Assembly: GCA_044892505.1 (NCBI GenBank)
Contig: CM097883.1
Location: 205,965,854 to 206,028,000, forward strand
Direction of reading: 5' to 3'
Length of the DNA stretch: 62,147 nt
Source of the DNA: Schmidtea nova
Lineage: Eukaryota
Shown here: positions 10,804 to 21,157 of the stretch, one piece after another
Numbering within the stretch: position 1 is the stretch's first letter
How the letters are laid out: each line of letters begins with the position of its first letter
The notes under the pieces: generated by a model
The model's database searches: none
Seen by the model: the letters and a program-made list of their open reading frames with translations, nothing else
What the model was told of the DNA's origin: nothing
Made by a program: the position numbers and the translations under genes

Positions 10804-11205
10804 TTATTGTTTTAAATAATCTACAACAGCAGACAAGCACCCTTTATAGGCACACATACAATGGTCTTTATAGGGACATGAAATGTTTTCAGGAACATAT
10901 TCAACTTCTTTATAATTATATTTAATTAATCTTAATTTCGGGAAATACTTCTTCAAAACATGTAACTTTTCATTATCGGTAACATAGAAAATAGCTCCTT
11001 TATCTGTAATATCATCCATTATACATTTTGGGCAAAAATAATCTTGTCCTTCAAACGATTCGATACGATCAGGCCAGAAAGATAAATCACTGTATATATA
11101 ATACTGGGGTGTGAAAATATTATTGACATTCATAATACATAATTCCTTAATTGTTGTACCACCCATTTCATTATAACCATAAAAATCGATAAAATAACAA
11201 GACAT
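10804..11205 (-). CDS. Polinton accessory protein, DEDD/DnaQ-like exonuclease-fold N terminus with Cys/His-rich C terminus (likely catalytically degenerate)
   Basis: FIDFYGY...IKELCI resembles the DxxG..IKEL pattern; CPxxxH..CAxxxC tail; a homolog occurs at 28887..29087. Confidence 0.55.
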   Translation of the reverse strand: MSCYFIDFYGYNEMGGTTIKELCIMNVNNIFTPQYYIYSDLSFWPDRIESFEGQDYFCPKCIMDDITDKGAIFYVTDNEKLHVLKKYFPKLRLIKYNYKEVEYVPENISCPYKDHCMCAYKGCLSAVVDYLKQ

Positions 11206-11237
11206 TTTTTCAAATAAAATTTATTAAAATAAATTGT

Positions 11238-11616
11238 TTATAACATTGATTTCAACCATGCAAGGCAATGTTCACCACAAGTGATTGTTAAGGGATGCTG
11301 ATACCGAATTCTATTATACACAATAGGTTTACCAATAGTTTGAAGTTTTCGAACAAGTAAATTCGGATAATAATATCCAAAGGGATCAAATACATGTATT
11401 CGATCTGGTTTCACATAAACTGCAATCCAATGTTCACCGCCCAACGTAGATGTCTGAGTATTTACAATGATGGCTTGATTCATTTTCAAATAAGGTATTT
11501 TATCTAGCGGAAATACTCCAATAAATTGATTTCCCAATAGTTTTTTACCTTGATGTAATACCTGAATAGAACTAATTAAAAATAAATAATTAATCAATTA
11601 AAAAATCTTACTCCAT
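11238..11616 (-). CDS. Adenain-like cysteine protease (5-nt first exon 11616-11612, 40-bp intron 11611-11572)
   Basis: IVNT...GEHW (His), FDPFG (Asp), YQH...TCGEHC (Gln, Cys). Splicing yields MDSIQVLHQG. Confidence 0.9.
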
Positions 11617-11719
11617 GATAATAATAAGTTATAATAACTATGGTCATTTATACTATTTGAGCAGAGCTTAAACTAATAATGTTTAAGCTTTGCTTAAACC
11701 AACAATGTTTGAGCAGAGC

Positions 11720-12230
11720 TCAAACCAATATTGTTCGATTGGCCGTAATTTGTACTTCATTTTCAAAAACTCCATATATAATTACATGAACAGGTTCATC
11801 AATGGGTTTTGAAAACTTTATATCGAGTCGTAAATTTCCGTTTTGAGGGATTTGGCCTTGATTCAAATCAAAATCGGGAGCGAGCACAAATGTAAAGAAT
11901 GGATATTTAGTTTTAAATTCATCCAGACTTATACCACAATTCAAGTTTTTATCCAAATATCCTAGATTTCTGACAACACTTTGCATATATGTGGCACTAA
12001 AATTATCATTTTCAAAATCTTGAGTATAAGTTTCTCGAAAATCAGTATTTTTCGATAACGTTAATGAAGTCACATTGAAATGTTTGAATGTAGATGCAGA
12101 TTCAGCATATGATCCATTATATTGATTTTCAGTTTGAAAAGCCACAAGAATGAAATTAGGCATTCTTCTATCTCCAAATATTTGCTCCTTGTAAAATGAC
12201 GATGCCCCTTTCCGATTTACTGTAAAATGG
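11720..12230 (-). pseudogene. Major capsid protein (double jelly-roll), C-terminal remnant
   Basis: MPNFILVAF..NGSY...FKHF...GISLDEF...LAPD...GNLRLDIKF...YGVFENEVQIT..R matches the Polinton MCP C-terminal pattern; the N-terminal ~60% is missing. Confidence 0.8.
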
Positions 12231-12386
12231 AAATGGATTATACACAAATGTAAAGTCTAAGAGAGAGACTTCCCAAATCCCGTCCAAATACATTGTATTT
12301 TGGAGATTGACCATGAAATTACTTGCTGTATTATCTGGATGTATATCTGGACAACTGTTGCTAGGTAGAATCATATAAAAATTCAT
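12225..12386 (-). pseudogene. Minor capsid (penton-like) protein, N-terminal remnant
   Basis: MNFYMILPSNS..HPDNTASNF...L...LDGIWEVSL is the typical Polinton minor capsid start. Its ATG overlaps the integrase stop (ATGA). Confidence 0.75.
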
Positions 12387-13429
12387 TTTACTAGGTTTTT
12401 TGATGATATCCATGATGGTTCTTTATATCCATGCCACTTGACATAGTATTGTTTATCCTTACCCACCATTTTAGATTTCAGGATTTTTTGAATTCTAAAT
12501 ATTGTCGGTGGAGGAATAACTTGTAATTCTTGTTCGTAGAATTTCCCGCTGATTATATTGTTATCAGAGTCACAAATAGTATACATGACAGGATTCTGCA
12601 CTGTGTTGACTTTCGATATTTGATATACCTCATCACTCCAATTATTTTCAAAATTTTTAATAAATGGCGATGCACTAATTTTGCTTATTCGAACATGATC
12701 ACCAATTTTATATTTTGGTTTCTTTATTTTCACTTCACTCAAAGTATTTTCAGTATCAACTACTTCGGCCGGTTTCCTACCATTTATACCCCGATGAGCA
12801 CTATGATTATAACTATGAATCAATTGAGGTAAAACATTAATCCAGGTTTTATTGCCTTTAAAAACAAAGTATTTTTTCAATCGATCACGCAAAGTTCGAT
12901 TAAATCTCTCGACATGAGCGGCTTTGAATTGCGAGAATACTGAATAATGATTTATTCCCTTGATAACTTCCTTGACTTTACTGTTGTAAAATTCCTTTCC
13001 TAAAAAATATTAAATATGTATAAATTAAAATTAAAATTTACCCAAATCGGTTTGTAAATTAGTTGGCCGATCCTTTTTCATCATTGTTTTGATAGCAATT
13101 GCCATGTCATTAGCTGATTTTGATTTTACTCCAATTGCTCGAGCAAATCTACTGTAAACATCAATACATGTTAAAATATACTTATACCCCTTGTTAATTT
13201 TGGAATACGGAATCATTTCCATCAAGTCCATTTGCCACAAATCATTGATTCTATATGTTTTATATGCTCGAGTTGGAAACCGTTTCAACATCGGTTTGTT
13301 TAGACTGTATGCAAGTTGCCCCGATAACCAACTTTGTGTCTGTTGTTTCGACTTCTGTGCTTTTTTCCTTAGCTTTTTGACTCCACCGAAACCGGCGTCG
13401 TCTTTTGGGTTCGTCAAGATCTTCTGCAT
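12383..13429 (-). CDS. Retroviral-like DDE integrase with C-terminal chromodomain, 334 aa after removing a 42-bp intron (13041-13000); intact
   Basis: WQMDL (D), QTDLG^KEF (D; the intron splits the Gly codon), VERFNRT (E); chromodomain IQKILK..YYVKWHGY..PSW. Exons of 388+617 nt are in frame. Confidence 0.92.
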
Positions 13430-13481
13430 TACAACAAGAAGATTTAAAGTTTAAATTTAAATTAGGTAATGATTGACCCAT
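13260..13481 (-). CDS. Small ORF overlapping the integrase 5' end in another frame; MG start, CC, basic patch
   Basis: MGQSLPNL...SSCC...KRRRRFRW; its ATG is 3 nt after the stop of the upstream gene. Confidence 0.35.
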   Translation of the reverse strand: MGQSLPNLNLNFKSSCCNAEDLDEPKRRRRFRWSQKAKEKSTEVETTDTKLVIGATCIQSKQTDVETVSNSSI

Positions 13482-13484
13482 TGT

Positions 13485-14070
13485 TTATGACCTTTGTCCC
13501 AATAAACCAGCACCTCCCAATAATGATAAAGCTAGTGGTAATAATGCGGTAATAAATCCTCCTTGTTGTTTATATATTATTTTGCGCATAAGTTTTCGAT
13601 TTTTTGTTTTTACTAGCGACAACAATGGTTTCTTATGCTTGTTCAAAACACGTCGATTAGATGGACTGAGATGCATTTTACCTCTCACTACTTTAATTAA
13701 AATAGCGAGTAAATCATCGATAACGTAATTAAATAAATCATCGATAACGTAATTAATCGATAACGTAACTAGGAAACGATTGAAGAATAGCCATTCTTCT
13801 AGCGGATGGGGCTTTAAGCAATGCATTAAAAAACGGAAAACTCCGATGATGTATTTGTTTAGCATTTGATTTCAAATTAATTGGAATTTGATTTTGTTTG
13901 GGAAAATTATCCATAATTAGTTTTTTCGATGGCGTATAACTTGTTTTTGAAACTGATTTTGAAACGGATTTCTTTGTCGATTTCTTTCTTCGACCTGCTT
14001 TCTTACCTATTTTCATTGATTTTCGAGCTTTTATCAATCGTTCAAACTTTACTCGAGATTTCATTAACAT
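13485..14070 (-). pseudogene. Basic Polinton core/cement-like protein with protease-site-like QQGG^F C terminus; frameshifted by a 40-bp tandem duplication (13729-13768)
   Basis: Removing the duplicated atcgataacgtaa block joins ...FPSYVID to DLLAILIK...KQQGGFITALLPLALSLLGG. Lys/Arg-rich. Confidence 0.65.
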
Positions 14071-14090
14071 TATTATTACTGTAAATCAAT

Positions 14091-14693
14091 TTAACTTTGT
14101 TTATAAACCATATCAGTTCTAACTCTTAAATCATCACTGCATTGTTGAGTAAAGTCCAGGAAAATATATCCATGAGGAGATTTTGTAGCATCTTGAAAGG
14201 CCTCCATTAAAAAGTTACGGTTAGAAGGATAAGCTTGTCTTGCCAGAAAATCAATAACTGTTGCATCTCTAGGATTTTTAAACACAACAAGATATTGAAC
14301 ATATAAATTACGAGTTCGATGACTACCGCCCTGATGAAATAAATTCTGAGTTATAAAAATAACAGTAACACCTTTATGTCTACTGATTTTCGTGAATAAG
14401 TTATTGAAATCCTTTTCTTTATTTGCTTCTTGATACAAGTCGTCAATTATAATCACATCACCTTGTTTTAATCTAGATGACCAGTTTTTATCGAAACCTT
14501 TTATGATTGTCATTTTTATTTTACAAAACTGATATTGAGTCATTCCACTTTCGTCGTCAGCACCCCTATGCCAATAAATATTATTAAATTTTGACTTGAA
14601 TAATTTCGATTGCAATAATTTACAAACAAATAAAGTTTTTTCACTCCCGCTCGGACTAACAATTTGAAACACTGCATCATTTCTTAATTCCAT
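14091..14693 (-). CDS. Polinton A32/FtsK-HerA packaging ATPase with damaged Walker A
   Basis: SPSGSEKT (from GPSGSGKT), IIIDDL, FTKISRH..VIFITQNLF, KNPRD, HGYIFLD. Confidence 0.9.
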   Translation of the reverse strand: MELRNDAVFQIVSPSGSEKTLFVCKLLQSKLFKSKFNNIYWHRGADDESGMTQYQFCKIKMTIIKGFDKNWSSRLKQGDVIIIDDLYQEANKEKDFNNLFTKISRHKGVTVIFITQNLFHQGGSHRTRNLYVQYLVVFKNPRDATVIDFLARQAYPSNRNFLMEAFQDATKSPHGYIFLDFTQQCSDDLRVRTDMVYKQS

Positions 14694-14787
14694 ATTTAAA
14701 AATTATATTTTCTTAATATTATTGTTTATATTTGTTTTAAATACCGGTTCTCAAAGTAATTGTTTCATTTAAAAATATTTTCAGTAA

Positions 14788-15275
14788 TGATTAGAAACAT
14801 TATTTACAAGGGTAAGACAGATGAATCACACATGAAATTTCCAAATGGAAAACCACAGCAAATTGTAGATCGAAGTGGGAAATACCCAAAAATATACTTT
14901 AAAACAGGAAGATATAGAATAATGGGATGCAGGAATTTATTAGTGAAGAACAAGTTGAGTTTTACGATTTAAAAATTCAATCGATAACTGTAACTGCGGA
15001 TTTAGGATTTATTTGTAATTTGAATGAATTATCTAAATTGATACCGTGTGTTAACGAGCCAGAATTATTTCCAGCTTTGAGATATACCAAATATAATCCC
15101 ATGTGTGTAAATATATTTGTAAATATATTTGTGTGTAAATATATTTGGGAAATTAGTCATATTAGGATTAAAAAACAAAGATTATTCAACTATAGTTGAT
15201 GATATTAATAACGATATAAAATCAATTATAGAAGATAAAGCCTTTGTTGATTTCATACTAACATGTGACTCATGA
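14788..15275 (+). pseudogene. TATA-binding-protein (TBP)-like protein, two half-repeats, frameshifted (~14930 and ~15120-15147)
   Basis: Repeat 1 ends IYFKTGRYRIMGC. Repeat 2 is IQSITVTADLGFICNLNEL...NEPELFPALRY..P.CVNIF..GKLVILGLK, comparable to TBP IQNMV..D..I.LE.L...YEPELFPGL.Y....LIF.SGK.V.TGAK. Confidence 0.75.
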
Positions 15276-15302
15276 CTGCAATATCGATGCAGTAGAAATG
15301 CA

Positions 15303-15418
15303 CGATTCTGATTGGTTCTGTGTGTATTTCGAGAATAAAGACATGTTGTGCATGCTTGATTCTGATTGGTTCATTATGTATCGTTTTCTAAATCATGTGT
15401 GTTTCTTTCGTATATAAA
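15303..15418 (+). promoter_or_regulatory. CCAAT-CCAAT-TATA promoter
   Basis: GATTCTGATTGGT at 15304 and 15358, TATATAAA at 15411, ATG at 15454. Confidence 0.55.
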
Positions 15419-15453
15419 CTATGAACAAACTGACATAGTTTATATCTACAATT

Positions 15454-16049
15454 ATGTCGCAAAATACAAAGAATTTAAAAAATGGTAATAATAAAATTAA
15501 TATATTTTCAAATTTAATATATTTTATTTTTTTTTAGAAAAACGCATGTCCGTCATCTACACCAAACTGGCTGAGATGTTCCCCAACCTGATGCAGACGC
15601 TGACCTATACAGCACCAGAGCTGTTCCCGTACAAAATTCACGTTTTGACGGGAATAGATGTTAATAAAATATTAAAGTAGCACCTCGAAAATCTCAACAA
15701 TGATTTGCCTTTTATGGCCGAACATATATTATGCGCCTATCAATGCGGGCACTGTGTGGATAGGATCCATAAATTACAAGTGTGGGTTCTCCGAAATACC
15801 CTGAATCAATTCGAAACCAAGGAGATGAAGGAAATCATCGAGGAGGAGATGAAACAAGAAAGATGGTTGAACTCAACCCCCGAACCGATTGATGATTCAA
15901 TTGAGATTGAAGCACCAGCGATAGATGGACCATTGGAATCGCCACAATCACCTGATTGTGATGAATGTCACCGAAAGGTTGACGATTGTGATGATGATGA
16001 TGATAATGATGGTTGCCAATCTCTTGGTGGTGAACCATCAGATATGTAA
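15454..16049 (+). pseudogene. Two-exon Polinton ORF (53-bp intron 15485-15537), Cys-rich middle and acidic tail; one in-frame TAG at 15678
   Basis: Spliced frame MSQNTKNLKN-EKRMSVIY...ILK*HLEN...HILCAYQCGHC...DCDECH..DDDD. Confidence 0.6.
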
Positions 16050-16429
16050 ATTTTATTATTATATTTTTTGTTCAATAAAAGTTTTTGAATTTATTTTTTA
16101 GTTTTGTTTTCATTATTTGTAATAGTTTTTTTTTATGTAAATGTTTTAATTATTTTATTAAACTTTTTATTAAATAAGAAAGTGTTTTGGTTTTTAAAAA
16201 AAGTATTTTAGTTATGAAAGTTTTGATTAAATGAGAATAAGTAAGAATGTGTTTTTTTATTTTTGATAAAAATAATAATTATGAAATAAATAATTACAAA
16301 ACTTAAGAACATTAGTAACAGAAAATTCCGAGCAGAACCCTGGTAGCAGAACCTATTCTGTGATGGTTTTTATCTGCAAAAGCTCATTACTTGAACATAT
16401 CTCACACTTCATAATTTCATCATCATAAC

Positions 16430-17850
16430 ACTAAAGACGTAGAGACAACGCTTAAAGCGCTGCATGATTTAGATGATGGGAAGAAGATGTCTGATGTCGT
16501 ATACTAGTTTGGAGTCCCTCTGAGCACCCTTTCTACATGGAAAAAGAATAGATCCAGCTTGGAAGTTTCTTCCATTTCAATGAACCCAGATCGTAAAAGA
16601 AACCGAACTCAAAGTTAGAAGACGTAGAGGAGGCCTTGCTGCAATGGATTACTAGAGTTCGTGGCCAAAATGTCCCTATCTCTGGTCCTCTTATGAAAAA
16701 AAGGCGGAGCAGCTCGCTGGTATCATGGGGTTTCCGAATTTTCAGTGTAGTAATGGATAGCTAGATTGTTTCAAAGTGAGACATGAAATAACATTTAGAA
16801 ATGTTTGTAGAGAAGGCAATTCTGTGAAAGAGGAGGACATCTTATCTTGGCAAAATTCTCTTCTCCCGGAATTGCTTAACAGATACAAAGCCGAGGATAT
16901 ATTTAATGCTGACGAGGATAGTTTGTTTTTTGAACTCTTACCCGACAAAACAATGAGTTTCAAGGGCGAACCATGCTCAGAAGGTAAGAAATGAAAGCAA
17001 CGTGTCACAATCATGGTTGCTGCAACATGACTGGCTCTGAGAAACTTCCTCTTCTTGTAATCGGATGCTCAGCACAACCACGATGCTTTAAGAATATCAA
17101 GTCGCTGCCCGTTGAATATGTTTCCAATAAAAAAGCATGGATGACTGCCACATTATTCGAGGAATGGCTCAAGAAATATGACAGAAAATTTGCAAAACAA
17201 AAGAGAAACGTGGCCTTTATTGTAAATAATTGTGCAGCTCATCCTGATGTACAGGGACTTATGGTAAGCATCATTTTATAAATTCTTACATTTTATACAT
17301 TCTTACGTATAGGCTATAAAACTAATTTTCCTTCCTCCCAATACGACGAGAAAAACGCAGCGAATGGAGCAAGGCGTTATTCAAAACTTGAAAATGCACT
17401 ACCGCTCTCGAGCACTCTCTCTCTTCTTCTCACAGATCTTGAAGCTGGCAAAGAATTTCGAGTGAACCTTTTGGAAGCTTTGCACACAACGAGATATGCT
17501 TAGAATTCTGTAAGGCAGATTACCATTGAAAATTGCTTTAGGCACTGTGAATTCAAAATTACAGATGACATGCCCTCAATCACTGAAGAGAAAATTGAAG
17601 AACCGCTCAGGAAGAGCAGTACCAGGTAGACTGAATAAATAATAAAAATTCTATATTCTTAATGAGTACAGGAACATATGGGACCGACTTCAACAACTGG
17701 GGCTCGTCAAAAGCAATGACACATTGGCCAGTTACATCACTGTCGATAATGATGTAGCCACCTCTGGCATATTAACGGAAGAAGTAGCAGCAGAGGTCGT
17801 ACACAAGAAGAAAGGAGCTAATGTCATCAATGAGAGTGATTGTGAAGATA
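16430..17850 (+). mobile_element. pogo/Tigger (CENP-B-type, TIGD4/6-like) transposase, decayed, with introns
   Basis: GVPLSTLSTWKKN, LEDVEEALLQW, NVPISGPL, IFNADE, CNMTGSEKLPLLVIG, KKAWMT, VNNCAAH, FLPPNTT; GTAAG...TAG intron near 17263-17312. Confidence 0.88.
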
Positions 17851-17869
17851 TATATATATATATATATAT

Positions 17870-18750
17870 TGTGAATGTCCTATTTTATTGTTATTTCTAT
17901 ATTGTTATTCGTTTATGATGTTGTAATCGCCGTCATTGTTATGGACGGTGCCTTTGCGGTCACCGGGGACCCCCCTTTCATCGGTGAATGCTAATATGTA
18001 TTATTATTATTATTATTATTAATATTATTATTATTTAATTTAAAATTCAAATTTGGCTTGCTATAGGAAAAGCTATAGTAAGCCAAATTGAAAAATTAAA
18101 AAAAAATCGATCACATATATAAATTAATTTTATCTTCAAGAATTAAAGGAATATTTAATTAACTACCAAAAACAATAGAAAGTTTGAAACAAACAAAAAA
18201 AGAAAATCAAGAATAAAATTTCCTTACTAAGGAAATAAATCTAAAAGAATAGAACCTAAAGAAAATTTCAACAAGATAAGAATAAATCAAAGAGACGATT
18301 GAACTGAATAACCCTCTTCCAAAATTGATTTTCCAAACAAGTGATTATAGATACAGAAATATCCGAGGGATATCCGAGGATTACAGCTAGAAGTTTGCCA
18401 AAATCCCTTTCCTCCAAATACTTTAACAGATAAAAGACATTAAATCTGAGTTAGAGGATTGCCATTTCCTCCAAGTATTTCAATAAACAAGACATTTGAT
18501 ATCCCTCCAAAAGTTAAAGTAATTTTGTATAGTTAAGTTATTAAGAACTTTCTATTGTGATATTAATTTAATTTCATTATTTCGTTGTTTTATTGTTATT
18601 GCATACACTCTAGCACTACAAAGCATACACCCCGAGTGTCGGTACACAGTTAACGCCAGACTCTCTCGGGCTCTTACATTCTTCTAGAGCCACAAAACAG
18701 AAAATAACCTTAAACATACATACGTAACATAAATAGGAAAAAGAACGTAC

Positions 18751-18751
<1 letters not shown>
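17870..18751 (+). repeat. Solo LTR related to the adjacent Gypsy LTRs, inserted in (TA)n
   Basis: TGTGAATG...CA; shares the conserved hairpin blocks with 18820..19773. Confidence 0.8.
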
Positions 18752-18819
<68 letters not shown>

Positions 18820-19773
18820 TGTGAATGTCATATTTTATGGTTTAATTCATCTTACGATTATGGTTTTTCTCGTATTTTGTTGTAAGCGCCGTCATTGTTA
18901 TGGACGGCGCCTTTGTGGTCACCGGGGCCCCCCCCTTTTTCTTGTGAATGATAATATTTATTTTTATTATTATTATTATTATTATTTAAATTTGACTTTC
19001 AAATTTGGCTTGCTATAGCAAAAGATATAGTAAGCCAAATTGACAATTAAATTAACAATTAAATTAAAATCGATCAAAAAAAAATAAAGCTAATAGTTTA
19101 AAAACTGCCCAAATAATAAGAAAGCTCGAGTTGCAAATTCACCGGTTAAACAAACAAAAAAGAAAATTGTCAGATTCAAAACAATTGTTTTTTCAATTCT
19201 CCCTTTGCCAAATCTTAACAATTATCTTAAACCAAACAATTTAATACAAGAAAACGACAACAACAATCTTAAACCCATCTTGAAGAAGAACTATTGAAAA
19301 CGAAGTGCAGAAACTTCCCTTTGCCAAATCTTAACAATTATCTTAAACCCAACAATTTAATACAAGAAAACGACAACAACAATCTTAAACTCATCTTAAA
19401 GAAGCACTATTGAAAACGAGCTGCAGGAACTTCCTATTGCCAGATTTTAACAATTATCTTAAATCAAACCATTTAATACAAGTAACTTTCGTGGTTCTAA
19501 AGTTTTTCTTTTAGATACATTTTCAGTTAAATATAACTTGCATCATAGTTATTGTGTTAAGTTACTTATTTATTTGTTAGTGTTAATATTGTATCTAAAC
19601 AGTTCTTATTACGCACGCACTCACACCAAAAGGACATACGCATACACCCCGAGTGTCCTAACACAAATCGGTGACTCTCTCGGGCTCGTCAATAATTTCC
19701 TCTGGTACACAAAACTACATAATAAATAATATTTCCTTAACAAACATCGACAATCTAATTTATTTCCTTAACA
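18820..19773 (+). repeat. 5' LTR
   Basis: Direct repeat of 24525..25473; TG...CA; internal ~120-bp tandem repeats. Confidence 0.93.
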
Positions 19774-19776
19774 AAC

Positions 19777-19789
19777 TGGTGTCAGAAGT
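19777..19789 (+). other. Primer-binding site, tRNA-Leu-like
   Basis: TGGTGTCAGAAGT just after the 5' LTR. Confidence 0.75.
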
Positions 19790-19964
19790 CAACACAACAC
19801 ACACACTCGCCGTTTTTTTCAAGCGTTAACGCCTTTAGCATACCTATTATAGAGGTATAAGGATTAACGTCACTTTTAGCCGAACACAGTAGGCTATATT
19901 CTTCAGTCAAGCTCATTTTTTTCACATAAAAAAACGCCATAACAAACAACAACAATACAATTAA

Positions 19965-21157
19965 ATGGCAATGAACCCAATAAACCCAAACACTTCACAA
20001 ACACCCATGGACAACGAAAATGCACAATCCCAACACCAAAAATACAATTAATATTACAACCCCGAAAACACACACACCATAAACTTTGTAATTAACACAA
20101 AACCCAACTTACTAAACTACTTCACTGATGAAATTGGCACCCCACAAAAATGGCTAGAATTTGCCAAATTAACACTAACCCTTTCAGGTATAAAATCCAC
20201 AAAAACCTTATGCTCCAATATTATAGCCGCACTCCCCAGCAACAAACTAAATGAAAAATCCGATCAGATCGAAGACATTTTTAAGGATGACGACCCCTTT
20301 AACAAACTATGCAACATCCTGACGAACAAAAACAAAATAAACAGACGGCAAAAGCTTGAATCTTGCCTCAACAACACTCAATTAGGTGACAATAAACCCA
20401 CTGATTTTCTCAGGCAATTAAAACAAAAACTAGAATATTTGCAACCAAATATCACAAATTCGGGTTCAAATGAACTAGTGAAAGAATTTTTCATGCGACA
20501 ATGCCACCAGAAATCAGGAGGATTTCGGCAGCCAGCAACAACGCTGACGGTGAAACACTTGTCGACATAGCTGATAAAATCCACGAGGAAATTTATCCGA
20601 CTATATGCAGCACCCAAAACCACAACAAAAACAAAACCAACTACAATAACCCTCCATACAACAAAAACAACGAAACAAACGACAACATGAACAAACTATT
20701 AAACACCCTAATCGGCAAATTCGACGAAATAATCGTCGAAAACAAACAAATTAAAACAGAACTAGCCGAAATAAAAGAACGCTGTAATATACAGAATTTT
20801 ATATCAACACAATCATACGATAGTTACAACAGATACAACTACAACAGAGACCTACCATCAGACGGTCAAAACAGACAATGCTACAATCAACCCCCAGAAT
20901 GCAACAGACAAAACTACAGCCGCAATCAATCACCAAACAACAATTACAGAAACCGGTTGAACTCCCCAAATCGAAGCAACAATTACCGAAACAGAAGCCC
21001 AGAAAGAGATCCAAGAAATAATTATATAAACAAAAACCTGTACTATTTCCACAACAAATTCGGTGAAAAAGCATTTAAATGCACACAACCCTGCGAATCA
21101 ATAAAACAGAGCAGGGAAACCAATAAGGTCACCAATGATAGCACCCACATCAGGTGA
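19965..21157 (+). pseudogene. gag: gag (with a premature stop)
   Basis: LGDNKPTDFLRQL, FFMRQMPPEIR, degenerate (C)YFH.KFG..A.KC..PC knuckle. Confidence 0.8.

Larger units (their letters stand above)
4060..16330 (-). mobile_element. Polinton/Maverick (adintovirus-like) element, decayed, with an internal deletion of the capsid region; boundaries approximate
   Basis: pPolB, adenain-type protease, major and minor capsid remnants, integrase-chromodomain and packaging ATPase are co-located. No TIRs recognised. Confidence 0.9.

Noticed and set aside
16050-16330. Right TIR of the Polinton
   Set aside because: No inverted match to 4060-4500 and no (AG)n/AGT terminus found; the end is probably lost.
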